Positions 39,445 through 48,784 of a stretch of 64,000 nucleotides of DNA are shown here, piece by piece; within the stretch, counting starts at the first letter, position 1; every line of letters begins with the position of its first letter. The notes beneath the pieces were generated by a model. That model searched no databases and was not told the origin of the DNA. It saw only the letters and a program-made list of their open reading frames with translations. Source of the stretch: Minisyncoccota bacterium. GTDB taxonomy: Bacteria > Patescibacteriota > Minisyncoccia > Phycocordibacterales > UBA1550. Where the stretch lies: positions 27,577-91,576 of the forward strand of contig JALNYL010000002.1 in NCBI GenBank assembly GCA_023229865.1. Reading direction: 5' to 3'. The position numbers and the translations under genes are program-made.

Positions 39445-40197
39445 TTACTTCGCCGGAGATACAGCCGGAACGCCAGAAGCGGCGGCTGCATTCAGCTTGT
39501 CCATTGCGGGCACGAGCTTATTGAAGCCATCGGCGAACTCGGTTGCAATCACTTGCATGGAGATGTTTTTGCTGATCTCCCCCGACAAAACGTCAGGGGT
39601 ATCCACCGCCATGAGTGCAACGCCGAGATTGGTGTCGTCGCTCTTGGCCTGTCCGAGGACAGAAGCAATGGACTCGCCGGTCTCCATATCAACAACAGAC
39701 AGCGTAACCATAGCCTCAGTGAAACGCAGGTCATGCATCCCCCTCGACATTTCTTTTTGGGCGAGGAGTCCACCGAAAAGTGGGATTCGGCGGACGGCGC
39801 CAGCGGTTACAGCATTGTAGCTGTTCCCGATGACGGGTTGTGCCATTTCCATTTTCAGCTTGAATTTAACGCCGGCAGTGCCCGGTTCAACGAGAGTAAA
39901 GCAACCAGCCTGTTTTACCGCGTGACGGACAGTCACATCCACCATCGGGAAAGGGAGGCCGACACGGTTGAACATGAACGACAGCGATTTCGAAGAATTG
40001 TCCTCGAGAACCGCGCGGCCGTAGTTCTTGGCGCACTTGGAGAGCGCCGAAGCTGCTGGCTTCGCTGCTTCGGGAGCGGATGCCGCCGAAGGTGTTGCCG
40101 AGGTGCTGTTCACCAGATCGGTGATGTCAGCAGATGCGGAACCAACGAACAGAACGAACAGAAACAGGATCGAAACGAGATTTTGAATGAACTTCAT
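39445..40197 (-). CDS. Secreted CsgG/HfaB-like protein (tentative)
   Basis: Signal peptide; LSKC...G...KQAGCFTLVE, EAMVTLSVVDMETGE; GC-richer; AAGGAG SD. Confidence 0.55.
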   Translation of the reverse strand: MKFIQNLVSILFLFVLFVGSASADITDLVNSTSATPSAASAPEAAKPAASALSKCAKNYGRAVLEDNSSKSLSFMFNRVGLPFPMVDVTVRHAVKQAGCFTLVEPGTAGVKFKLKMEMAQPVIGNSYNAVTAGAVRRIPLFGGLLAQKEMSRGMHDLRFTEAMVTLSVVDMETGESIASVLGQAKSDDTNLGVALMAVDTPDVLSGEISKNISMQVIATEFADGFNKLVPAMDKLNAAAASGVPAVSPAK

Positions 40198-40367
40198 GAT
40201 TGCTCTCCTTGTCTACGGTTGAGTTTCAAATGAGAAGAATAATGCTTTTCCCAAGTAACAGCATAGCAGATATTAAAATTTTGTCAACCCCCTAAATTAG
40301 TTCAATATTTTAAACAATAGAGTATAATACTCATACAGAAGGACGTATTTCCCAATATTCTACCCTC

Positions 40368-40829
40368 ATGCAATTTCACATCCCCCAGTACATCGATATC
40401 GAGGACAAGCTCTTTGGTCCACTTACTCTTAAGCAGGCGATTTATTTAGCTGGTGGCGCAGGTGGTATTTATTTGTTCTACCGCATTATCCCCTATATGT
40501 TTATCAAAGCGCCAATTATTTTGGCGATTGCGGTCCTCACGTGGGCACTCGCATTTTTCCCAAAAGAAAAACTAGGGAAACCATTTATCGATGTTCTTGA
40601 AGCAGCCTTTGCTTATATGCTCAAGGACAAGCTCTACACGTGGAAAAAAACAACGAAAGAGGCTGGTGCAAAAAAAGAAGAAGACTTTTTACCTTCTGTT
40701 CCAATAGCGACCCCTTCGGTCTCTGTGGGGAAACTCTCTAGCGCTTCGTTTGATCTCGACGTTCGCGGAGCCCAAAAAGGAGTGGAGGAACAAGACAAAA
40801 CGGGGAAAGATAGTGATATACTAAAGTAA
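40368..40829 (+). CDS. PrgI family (VirB3-like) protein
   Basis: MQFHIPQYIDIEDKLFGPLTLKQ followed by two TMs. Confidence 0.85.
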   Translation: MQFHIPQYIDIEDKLFGPLTLKQAIYLAGGAGGIYLFYRIIPYMFIKAPIILAIAVLTWALAFFPKEKLGKPFIDVLEAAFAYMLKDKLYTWKKTTKEAGAKKEEDFLPSVPIATPSVSVGKLSSASFDLDVRGAQKGVEEQDKTGKDSDILK

Positions 40830-40833
40830 TACC

Positions 40834-41487
40834 ATGGCAGTTAAATCAAAAGCAGCACAAGATTTTGTTCCCATTAAAGAAATCCGCGACGGTGTCGTGA
40901 TTTTAAAAGACGGAACCATCCGTATGCTTCTTATGGCATCTTCGGTCAACCTCGCCCTCAAGTCTTCAGATGAGCAACAGGCGGTTTTGATGCAGTTCCA
41001 AAGTTTTTTGAACTCCCTAGAATTTTCAACTCAGGTATTTATCCAATCACGCCGTCTCGACATTCGCCCCTACCTTATTCTTCTTGAAGAGCGCCTCCAT
41101 GAGGAAGTCAACGATCTTCTTAAAATTCAGATTCGCGAATATATGGGCTTCGTAAAAACCATTGCTCAGTCCACCAATATTATGAGCAAGCTCTTTATTA
41201 TTGTTGTTCCTTACGCGCCACCAAAATCAGTTACGAGCTCTTCGTCATCAAGTGGGGGATTTAGCCTCTTTGGAGGGAAGAAGGACACAAGCAGCACTCC
41301 ATCGCAAAGCGCCGTCGAGGCTTTTGAGGAGGCACGCACACAGCTCGAGCAGCGCGCAGGTATTATCAGTCAAGGGCTCGCGCGCACGGGGGTTCGCGTG
41401 GTTCCCCTTGGTACTGAGGAGCTCACCGAGCTTTACTATCGCCTATTCAACCCAGGAGAGGTAGAGAAGAAGGTCGACGTAAGATAA
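40834..41487 (+). CDS. VirB4/TraC N-terminal-like protein
   Basis: SVNLALKSSDEQ..., FLNSLEF.TQ, ELYYRLFNP; lies between prgI and the ATPase. Confidence 0.7.
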   Translation: MAVKSKAAQDFVPIKEIRDGVVILKDGTIRMLLMASSVNLALKSSDEQQAVLMQFQSFLNSLEFSTQVFIQSRRLDIRPYLILLEERLHEEVNDLLKIQIREYMGFVKTIAQSTNIMSKLFIIVVPYAPPKSVTSSSSSSGGFSLFGGKKDTSSTPSQSAVEAFEEARTQLEQRAGIISQGLARTGVRVVPLGTEELTELYYRLFNPGEVEKKVDVR

Positions 41488-41500
41488 CAAAACTATTTTT

Positions 41501-43342
41501 ATGATTAATTTTTTTGGAAACAAACAACCAACAACTACAGAGGCAGAAAAAAATTCTGTCCCCGTACTCCCTCAAGACCTTTACGCTGATACAGGCCTCA
41601 ACCTCGCTGATGTTATTGCTCCTTCTGCCGTAAAAATAGAATCCAAAGAACTCATCCTGGGAGAAAAGGTTGTGCGCTCATTTTTCATCACCTCATATCC
41701 AAGCGTTGTCACCGACAACTGGCTTTCTCCGCTCATCAACCTCGACAAAGTTTTTGATATTGCGATTTATATCCACCCTGTCGACACAGCAGACATAATG
41801 AAGAAGTTTGAAAAGAAGGTTGCTGAGGTTCAAAGCCAGATCAATGTCCGCGAAAGTAAGGGTTTTGTCCGTGACCCAATGCTCGAGTCAGCATATCGCG
41901 ATCTCGAAGAGCTTCGTGATCGTCTCCAGCAAGCGCAGGAAAAAATGTTTGACGTAGGACTTTATATAACCCTTTACGCTGACAGTGAGGAGGAGCTCAA
42001 TCATGCCGAAGCAGAGATCAAGTCAATGCTCGAGTCACGTCTTATCTACATTCGCCCAGCACTCTTTCAACAAGAAGAAGCTTTTCAAAGTATTATTCCG
42101 GTCAACAGTGACAAGATCGCGGTCACAAAAAAGATTAACTCGGAGCCACTCTCGAGCTTCTTCCCGTTTGTGTCATTCGACCTCACATCAGACAAAGGGA
42201 TTCTCTATGGTATCAACCGTCACAACTCTTCGCTTGTTCTCTTCGACCGCTTCTCTCTCGAGAACTACAATTCGGTTACTTTTGCGAAGTCTGGTTCTGG
42301 TAAATCATTTGCAACAAAGCTCGAAATTTTGCGTAGTTTGATGTTTGATATCGATGTCATCGTTATCGACCCAGAGCGTGAATATGAGTCAATGGCCGAA
42401 GCAGTGGGTGGCCGTTATTTCAATATTTCTCTCAACTCCGAACACCACATCAACCCATTTGACCTTCCTGTTCCTCGCGAAGATGAATCTCCTGCGGATG
42501 TTCTTCGTGCAAACATCATTTCTCTTGTTGGACTCTTCCGTATCATGCTTTCAGGACTCAGCCCGGAGGAGGATGCTATCGTCGACCGCGCGATCTCAGA
42601 AACATACGCACTTAAAGACATTACTCCTGACTCAGACTTCTCTGCGATAGAGCCACCACTTCTCTCTGACTTTGAAATGGTGCTTTCAGGAATGGAGGGA
42701 GCAGAAGGTATTCTTACTAAGCTCACCAAATACACCCGCGGATCATGGGCAGGATTCATCAATAATCCTTCAAACGTCGACATCAACCGTAAATTCATCG
42801 TCTTCTCAGTGCGCGACATGGAAGACGACTTGAAGCCTGTGGCAATGTACCTCGTGACACACTTTATTTGGAACGCAGTGCGTCGCACACTCAGAAAGCG
42901 TCTCCTTGTGGTGGATGAGGCTTGGTGGATGATGAAGTCCGAAGACACGGCCGCCTTCCTCTATGCGCTCGCAAAACGTGGCCGTAAATACTACCTCGGA
43001 ATCGCGACGATCACCCAGGACGTAAACGACTTCTTGAAATCCCCATACGGCTTGCCAATTATGACCAACTCGTCAATTCAGATTCTTCTTAAGCAGTCGC
43101 CGACATCAATCGATGCCGTCCAAAAAGCTTTCAACCTTACTGACGAGGAGAAATTCTTGCTTCTTGAGTCAGGAGTAGGGGAGGGCATCTTCTTTGCCGG
43201 AATGAAGCACGTGGCTATCCGTTCTATTGCTTCCTACACCGAGGAACAAATCATCACCTCAGACCCAGGGCAGATCCTCGCTATCAAAAAAGCAAAGCGC
43301 GAACTCGCGGAAGCAGAAGCATCAGGAGGGGGAAGTATCTAA
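41501..43342 (+). CDS. VirB4-like conjugative-type ATPase
   Basis: AKSGSGKS Walker A, IDPEREY, INPFDL, LVVDEAW, KRGRKY, ITQD. Confidence 0.9.
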   Translation: MINFFGNKQPTTTEAEKNSVPVLPQDLYADTGLNLADVIAPSAVKIESKELILGEKVVRSFFITSYPSVVTDNWLSPLINLDKVFDIAIYIHPVDTADIMKKFEKKVAEVQSQINVRESKGFVRDPMLESAYRDLEELRDRLQQAQEKMFDVGLYITLYADSEEELNHAEAEIKSMLESRLIYIRPALFQQEEAFQSIIPVNSDKIAVTKKINSEPLSSFFPFVSFDLTSDKGILYGINRHNSSLVLFDRFSLENYNSVTFAKSGSGKSFATKLEILRSLMFDIDVIVIDPEREYESMAEAVGGRYFNISLNSEHHINPFDLPVPREDESPADVLRANIISLVGLFRIMLSGLSPEEDAIVDRAISETYALKDITPDSDFSAIEPPLLSDFEMVLSGMEGAEGILTKLTKYTRGSWAGFINNPSNVDINRKFIVFSVRDMEDDLKPVAMYLVTHFIWNAVRRTLRKRLLVVDEAWWMMKSEDTAAFLYALAKRGRKYYLGIATITQDVNDFLKSPYGLPIMTNSSIQILLKQSPTSIDAVQKAFNLTDEEKFLLLESGVGEGIFFAGMKHVAIRSIASYTEEQIITSDPGQILAIKKAKRELAEAEASGGGSI

Positions 43343-43345
43343 AAA

Positions 43346-43385
43346 CAAAAGTCCACAAAAAGATCCTTCTTTTTGTGGACTTTTG
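43346..43385 (+). terminator. Intrinsic terminator
   Basis: caaaagtccacaaaaaga...tctttttgtggacttttg. Confidence 0.75.
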
Positions 43386-43412
43386 CTGAATATTCGCGGT
43401 ATAATAAAATAT

Positions 43413-44534
43413 ATGTATCAAAGGCAGACACTACTCCTTGGTGCTCTTGTAAGCATTTTTTGTGTGCCTCTTTTTGTTTTTGCACAGACATCAACGACAA
43501 CAGCGGAACAACCAAACGCAAGTGATGCATTTCAACAAAAAATCAACGAGCTTATTCAGCGACAACTCGACGCTGCTCCAACAGCAGAAGAAATTCTCAT
43601 AAAAGCAGTTGCCGACAACCTTGAAGTAAAAACGGTTCCATCAAAACCAAGCCCCAACGAATCTGTAAAAGTGTCTATCCAAAGCTATCTCATTGATCTC
43701 AATAAAGCATCAATTGTGTGGACCCTCAATGGGAAAGTGGCACTAAGTGGTGTCGGAGAAAAAGTATTTACATTCACCACGGGGAACAGTGGAGAAACAA
43801 CGACACTTCTTGTTTCCATGACGGCGAACACAGGGGAGGTAATAACTAAAGAATTTTCTTGGACCCCTGTTGGGGTTACTCTCTTTTGGGAAGCGGACAC
43901 ATACACCCCTCCTTTTTATAAAGGGAAGCCACTTCTTTCCTACGAGGCAAAAGTAACGGTTATAGCAACCCCCGACAACACAGACTCAAAAAATGCACTC
44001 AGTGCAGGAAATCTTGTTTACACTTGGAAGAAAAAAGGGATGACAGACGCCAGTGTTTCTGGGTATGGGAAAAATTCATTTTCTTTTACAGGACCAAGAC
44101 CATTCAGCACAACCAATGCTAGTGTCTTGGTATCCTCTGTTGATGATGCAATTAATTCTGAAGCAAAGGTTAATCTTTCTCTTTCAACCCCCTTTATTCT
44201 TTTTTACGAAAATCATCCACTCTTAGGGACTCTTTACAATAAACCATTTGGAAAAGGAATGAGTCTCTCAAGTAAGGAGCTTTCGATAAGCGCTGCTCCT
44301 TACTTCTTCTCAAAAGAGCCGGCAACAACACAAACAATGCAATATAACTGGACAACAAACGGAAGACCTGTTCAGAACGAAGGAAAAAACATTACGCTTC
44401 GTAACGAAAAAGGAGAGGTTGGGTCTGCCGAAGTTTCTCTGTCAGTAAGGGGTCTCCGCCAAACTTTCCAAACAGCTAGTCAAAACCTTCGCATTGATTT
44501 TACAGAAGACACGTCAAATAAGCCTTTATTTTAA
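43413..44534 (+). CDS. Secreted beta-rich (Ig/PKD-like) hypothetical protein
   Basis: Signal peptide; repeated W..NG units; WEADTYTPPFYKGK. Confidence 0.75.
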   Translation: MYQRQTLLLGALVSIFCVPLFVFAQTSTTTAEQPNASDAFQQKINELIQRQLDAAPTAEEILIKAVADNLEVKTVPSKPSPNESVKVSIQSYLIDLNKASIVWTLNGKVALSGVGEKVFTFTTGNSGETTTLLVSMTANTGEVITKEFSWTPVGVTLFWEADTYTPPFYKGKPLLSYEAKVTVIATPDNTDSKNALSAGNLVYTWKKKGMTDASVSGYGKNSFSFTGPRPFSTTNASVLVSSVDDAINSEAKVNLSLSTPFILFYENHPLLGTLYNKPFGKGMSLSSKELSISAAPYFFSKEPATTQTMQYNWTTNGRPVQNEGKNITLRNEKGEVGSAEVSLSVRGLRQTFQTASQNLRIDFTEDTSNKPLF

Positions 44535-44537
44535 ATT

Positions 44538-45557
44538 ATGAAAAAATACTTTTTACCAGCGGTCGTCTCTTTCTTTCTCCTCTTTTCAGTAGGGGTGCTC
44601 TCTGCGTACGCTCAAGTAGAGGCAAACTACACCCCCCTCGCCCCCCTGCCAGGAACAACAATTCAGAGTGGTGACGGAGCTGGCACAACAAACATCTCAA
44701 CGTACGTTGCAGGAATGATCAAGCTCCTTGTTGCTCTCGGAGCGGCGCTTGCCGTCCTCTTTGCGATTATTGGTGGGACGCAGTATGTCGCCGCAAGTAT
44801 CAACCCCGCAGCAAAGGCTGGAGCACTTGAGCGCATCCAAAACTCTCTTGTTGGCTTGGCAATTATTCTCTCTTCGTATCTTGTTTTAAACTCTATCAAC
44901 CCAGACTTAGTAAACTTTAAACTTGAACTTCCCCCTGTTACGGTACGACATGAGGTAAATGTTACCGCAGGAGGTTCAACAATAGATGATGCTGGGTGCC
45001 CCACCATCACCACCCCTTCTGTTCTTTTAAATTCGACAGAGTCTCAACAACTAGAATCTGGAGCAACGGTTGTTTTCACGGCAAGCGATGCAACTGCAGA
45101 CGTACAGGCCAACCTACAAACACTGCAAGGGGAATCAAATAAACTAATCCTTGCCCTCCCACAACTTAACTCTGGGATAAAGGCCACCGTTACCTCTGCA
45201 TACCGCCCATATGTATATCAAAAACATTTGTATGAAATATATGACACATGGGTCAAAAAAGATCTAAAAAACAACACCAACCCGGCCTGCGCCGCAAACA
45301 AAACCTTCGTTGGGGCCGAATCAACAAAACACTTTGGCCCTAATGGTCCCGGACTCGTTGCGAACCCAGACGGACAAATCGCTCCTCACACAAAAGGCAC
45401 AGGGATCGATATTAAATTAGAGGGGATTGAGTATGGGAATTTTACGGCTTATGGGTACGCTGATATTAACGATTTTATGGTCCACAACGGTATTTATCTC
45501 AGCTGGCAAGGTCTCCAGAATGACAAGGTTCACTTTAACTTGAGAAGTAGGCCATAA
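44538..45557 (+). CDS. VirB2/TrbC-like pilin domain fused to an M15-like metallopeptidase
   Basis: AVLFAIIGG.QY..., I.NSLVGL.IILSSYLVLN.INPDL; SAYRP..YQ, HTKGTGIDI, DKVHF. Confidence 0.7.
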   Translation: MKKYFLPAVVSFFLLFSVGVLSAYAQVEANYTPLAPLPGTTIQSGDGAGTTNISTYVAGMIKLLVALGAALAVLFAIIGGTQYVAASINPAAKAGALERIQNSLVGLAIILSSYLVLNSINPDLVNFKLELPPVTVRHEVNVTAGGSTIDDAGCPTITTPSVLLNSTESQQLESGATVVFTASDATADVQANLQTLQGESNKLILALPQLNSGIKATVTSAYRPYVYQKHLYEIYDTWVKKDLKNNTNPACAANKTFVGAESTKHFGPNGPGLVANPDGQIAPHTKGTGIDIKLEGIEYGNFTAYGYADINDFMVHNGIYLSWQGLQNDKVHFNLRSRP

Positions 45558-45566
45558 CCAAAAACA

Positions 45567-46943
45567 ATGAGCAAACGAAATTTAATAATTATCACAGTTG
45601 TCATTCTCTCTCTTCTTGGAGGAGGAGCTTACTGGTACTACTCTCAAAAAGGCGCTCTTCCTGGAGGTGATATATTATTTCCAGGAGGAAGTGGTACCCG
45701 AACGGATGGGGGAGGTACGACCACAGAGCAGCCAACAGACGAAGATACCTTTACTCCAGGAGTAGACACGAGACTTCCTCGCCTCTACCAGCTCCACATC
45801 ACTCCCACTTCTGGTGTTGGCTTTTTTGAAGCAAAAGACAAAAAGGGTGTCGTAACCAACAGAACCGTGCGCTATGTCGAACGTGGACTTGGACACATTT
45901 TTGAAACACAGCTTTCTACTTATGTTGAATCACGTATTGTAAACGAAACTCGCCCTCGCATTTCAGAAGCACTCTGGGGAAACAGTGGAAACAGTGTGGT
46001 TTTTCGATTCCTTGATACAACGGAAGGGGCGACAATAAAGACACGCATCATAAACCTTTCGTCTCCTTTTGCAACTTCTTCGTCAGAATTTTTAACAACG
46101 GAAGAGCTTTACCTTCCTGACTCGATTCCTTTTATGGCGACAGCAGAGGATGGAACCAACGGATTGTTCTACCTCGCTGAAAAAGACGGGACTTTCACAA
46201 CGTTCCAAAACCTTAACGCCTCAAAAATATTTAACTCTGTATTTACTGAGTGGCTCCCCCAGTTCCCAAGCCAAAAACTTGTAACGCTCACTTCACGACC
46301 ATCTGAAAAAGTTCCTGGGCACATGTTCTTCCTTGACCCAAAAACAAAAGCGGTGACAAAGATTCTTGGCAACATTAACGGCCTCACCACGCTCACAAGC
46401 CACGATGGAAAATTTGTTCTTGCTTCCGAATCAAGAAATGGGGCACCAGAACTTTCAGTGTACGACGTTACCAAGAAAACAATGCTTCCTATTTATTTGC
46501 GCGGTCTCCCTGAGAAGTGCGTATGGGGGACAAAGAACCCAACATTAGTGTACTGCGGGGTCCCCGAGGCGCTTACAAACGCTAGTTACCCAGATCAGTG
46601 GTACCAAGGGGTTGTCTCTTTTTCTGACTCACTCTGGGAGATCAACGCGGAAACTCTTGCTGTTCGCAAAGTTTTCACTCCAAAAGATTTCAAAGCCCCT
46701 GCTCTTGATATGACCAATCTCTCCCTTTCTTCGGATGATGCGTATCTTGTGTTTATCAACAAACTAACGAGCACGCCATGGGTGTACAGTATCGTTGAAC
46801 CACTTCCACCACCTACTCCTATCACTGTTCCCGTGGCGGGAACAAGCACTCCAGTAGGGAGCACCTCGACATTGACAGGAACAACCACAAGGGCTGCAGT
46901 TCCTCCTTCAGTAGTAACCTCCGACATGCAGAAGCTCAAGTAG
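45567..46943 (+). CDS. Membrane-anchored hypothetical protein, probable beta-propeller
   Basis: N-terminal TM; repeated beta-blade-like segments; PEKCVW, PDQWYQG. Confidence 0.75.
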   Translation: MSKRNLIIITVVILSLLGGGAYWYYSQKGALPGGDILFPGGSGTRTDGGGTTTEQPTDEDTFTPGVDTRLPRLYQLHITPTSGVGFFEAKDKKGVVTNRTVRYVERGLGHIFETQLSTYVESRIVNETRPRISEALWGNSGNSVVFRFLDTTEGATIKTRIINLSSPFATSSSEFLTTEELYLPDSIPFMATAEDGTNGLFYLAEKDGTFTTFQNLNASKIFNSVFTEWLPQFPSQKLVTLTSRPSEKVPGHMFFLDPKTKAVTKILGNINGLTTLTSHDGKFVLASESRNGAPELSVYDVTKKTMLPIYLRGLPEKCVWGTKNPTLVYCGVPEALTNASYPDQWYQGVVSFSDSLWEINAETLAVRKVFTPKDFKAPALDMTNLSLSSDDAYLVFINKLTSTPWVYSIVEPLPPPTPITVPVAGTSTPVGSTSTLTGTTTRAAVPPSVVTSDMQKLK

Positions 46944-47006
46944 CCACATTATAAAAACCGCCGAGCACCTGTCTGGTGCTCGGCGGTTTTTATAATGTGG
47001 CTACTT
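46938..47006. terminator. Bidirectional terminator with 32-bp arms
   Basis: Arms include the TAG stops of both convergent genes. Confidence 0.85.
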
Positions 47007-47729
47007 AATAGCCTCTTTCGCCATCTTCTTTACATAGAGCTCATGAGCAATCGAGAACATGTTGCTTGTTGCCCAATAAAGCGCGATTGCCGCTGAAATA
47101 GAGTACGAGATACCAAACACGATCACGGGAAGCACGTAGCGCATCTGAACATTCATGCTGCGCGCAAAGTCATCCTTGAATGATGGTTTCGCATCCTTGT
47201 CGGCCGGAGCCATTGGAGGAATAGAGAGTTTGATTTGATAATACTGCGTAACGGCTGCGAGAAGAGCAAGGACGCCACTCTTTGCCGAAAGCAAAACCCC
47301 CAAGAACATCATGCTTATTGCCTCAGGAAGGTGAATGAATGAGTAAAGATGTTCCGCGTTAAGATTGGGGAGTCCTTTAAAGAACACAAAGTAGAGCGCA
47401 AAGATAATAGGGAGCTGTACCACGATGAGAAGACAGCCGGAAAGGGGATTAACTCCATGTTCCTTGTAAAACTCCATCATCTTGCGCGCCTGTTCTTGCT
47501 TGTCGTCCTTGTGCTTTTCCTTGATCTTCTCAAGGTGTGGCGCGAGTTCGCGCATCTTTGCCTGAGAAACAACTTGCTTGTGTGAAAGAGGGAGGAGTGC
47601 TCCGCGGACTACAATTGTTAATAAAATAATCGCAACACCAACGTTTGCTCCCGGGACGGTCGAGATAATAAAAACGAGGGTGTTATAAAGTGGCTGATAT
47701 AAAAATGTTGAAAAAATTCCTGGTTCCAT
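47001..47729 (-). CDS. yidC: YidC/Oxa1 membrane protein insertase
   Basis: GVAIILLTIVVR..LLPL, NPLSGCL..VVQLPI, ALYWATSN. Confidence 0.94.
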   Translation of the reverse strand: MEPGIFSTFLYQPLYNTLVFIISTVPGANVGVAIILLTIVVRGALLPLSHKQVVSQAKMRELAPHLEKIKEKHKDDKQEQARKMMEFYKEHGVNPLSGCLLIVVQLPIIFALYFVFFKGLPNLNAEHLYSFIHLPEAISMMFLGVLLSAKSGVLALLAAVTQYYQIKLSIPPMAPADKDAKPSFKDDFARSMNVQMRYVLPVIVFGISYSISAAIALYWATSNMFSIAHELYVKKMAKEAIK

Positions 47730-47761
47730 TCGAGTATCTTACCGCGAATAACCCCTCTTTG

Positions 47762-47992
47762 CTAGGGGAGTGGATCTATGTGATTCTTTTGCCAAGGGTG
47801 ACAGCGGAGGATACGACGCGCCCCCAGGAAAACGCCCTTAAAAACACCGTATTTCAAAACCGCCTGCTTGGTATACTCAGAGCACGTAGGATAAAAAACG
47901 CAGGTCGTTCCTTTTTTAAGAGAAAACATCCCCGTATCGAGGGATAGATATTTTTGGTAGAAATTAATGAGAAAAACGACAAAATTACGCAT
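47762..47992 (-). CDS. yidD: Membrane protein insertion efficiency factor
   Basis: CVFYPTCSEY, RILRCHPW. Confidence 0.94.
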   Translation of the reverse strand: MRNFVVFLINFYQKYLSLDTGMFSLKKGTTCVFYPTCSEYTKQAVLKYGVFKGVFLGARRILRCHPWQKNHIDPLP

Positions 47993-48002
47993 AAAATGAG
48001 GT

Positions 48003-48374
48003 CTATTTGAGCAGATTGGCTGTTTTAAACGCTTTTTCCATCTCTGCTTTAAGGTTTTGGAAGGTTTCTTTCTTTGCTTCTATTTTTGGATAGATAACAA
48101 CAGTTGTGGAACCTTCAATTTGCTTTAAAATAGGGGCTACGAGGTCATAAAAGCGCCTGCGGAGAGTATTTCTGTCTACTGCTGTCTTGGCTGTCTTTTT
48201 TGAAACAACAACAGAAACACGGCTTATTTCTGACTCTTTTCCTCCCTTTTTATAGAAAACAGCGGTAAAAAGCTTTTTGTCTACGTCCGAAACGCGCTTC
48301 TGGGAAAGCGGAAATCCCTTCACGTTCTGTGAAGGGAATTCTTTTCTAGATATACGGTTCTTACGGGGAAGCAT
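48003..48374 (-). CDS. rnpA: Ribonuclease P protein component
   Basis: VVVSKK.AKTAVDRN.LRRR; synteny. Confidence 0.9.
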   Translation of the reverse strand: MLPRKNRISRKEFPSQNVKGFPLSQKRVSDVDKKLFTAVFYKKGGKESEISRVSVVVSKKTAKTAVDRNTLRRRFYDLVAPILKQIEGSTTVVIYPKIEAKKETFQNLKAEMEKAFKTANLLK

Positions 48375-48394
48375 AGTGTTACCCCAAAAAGGGA

Positions 48395-48532
48395 CTAAAC
48401 TGTTGTGAGACGCTTGCGACCCTTTTGGCGGCGAGCTTTCAAAACATCACGTCCACTTTTGGTTTCTGAACGAACGAGAAAACCATGCGTTGTTGCGCGC
48501 TTTTTCTTCTTTGGCTGATATGTTTGAGACAT
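48395..48532 (-). CDS. rpmH: 50S ribosomal protein L34 (not in ORF track)
   Basis: [45 protein letters not shown]. Confidence 0.96.
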   Translation of the reverse strand: MSQTYQPKKKKRATTHGFLVRSETKSGRDVLKARRQKGRKRLTTV

Positions 48533-48680
48533 AGTAGAGATACCATACACCATATCTCAAAAAAAATCCAGCCCACCATTCAAAAACACCAAATTATCAA
48601 GAATTTCTTAAACTGGAGCCTTTGTCGTATAATGCGCTAACTGAGGAGCGTAAATTCTCTGTAAACATTGAGGGGAAACG

Positions 48681-48700
48681 CTGTCCACAAGTTATCCACA
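48681..48700 (+). promoter_or_regulatory. DnaA boxes upstream of dnaA
   Basis: CTGTCCACA and TTATCCACA. Confidence 0.7.
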
Positions 48701-48784
48701 CCCTATTAACCAACTCATCCACCTCAACCCTTTCTGTATTTCTTTAACTCAGAATATAATGGAGGAACGAATTTAAATAACCGT

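Noticed and set aside
34473-46943. Integrative conjugative element
   Set aside because: No relaxase, coupling protein, integrase or flanking att repeats; composition resembles the core genome
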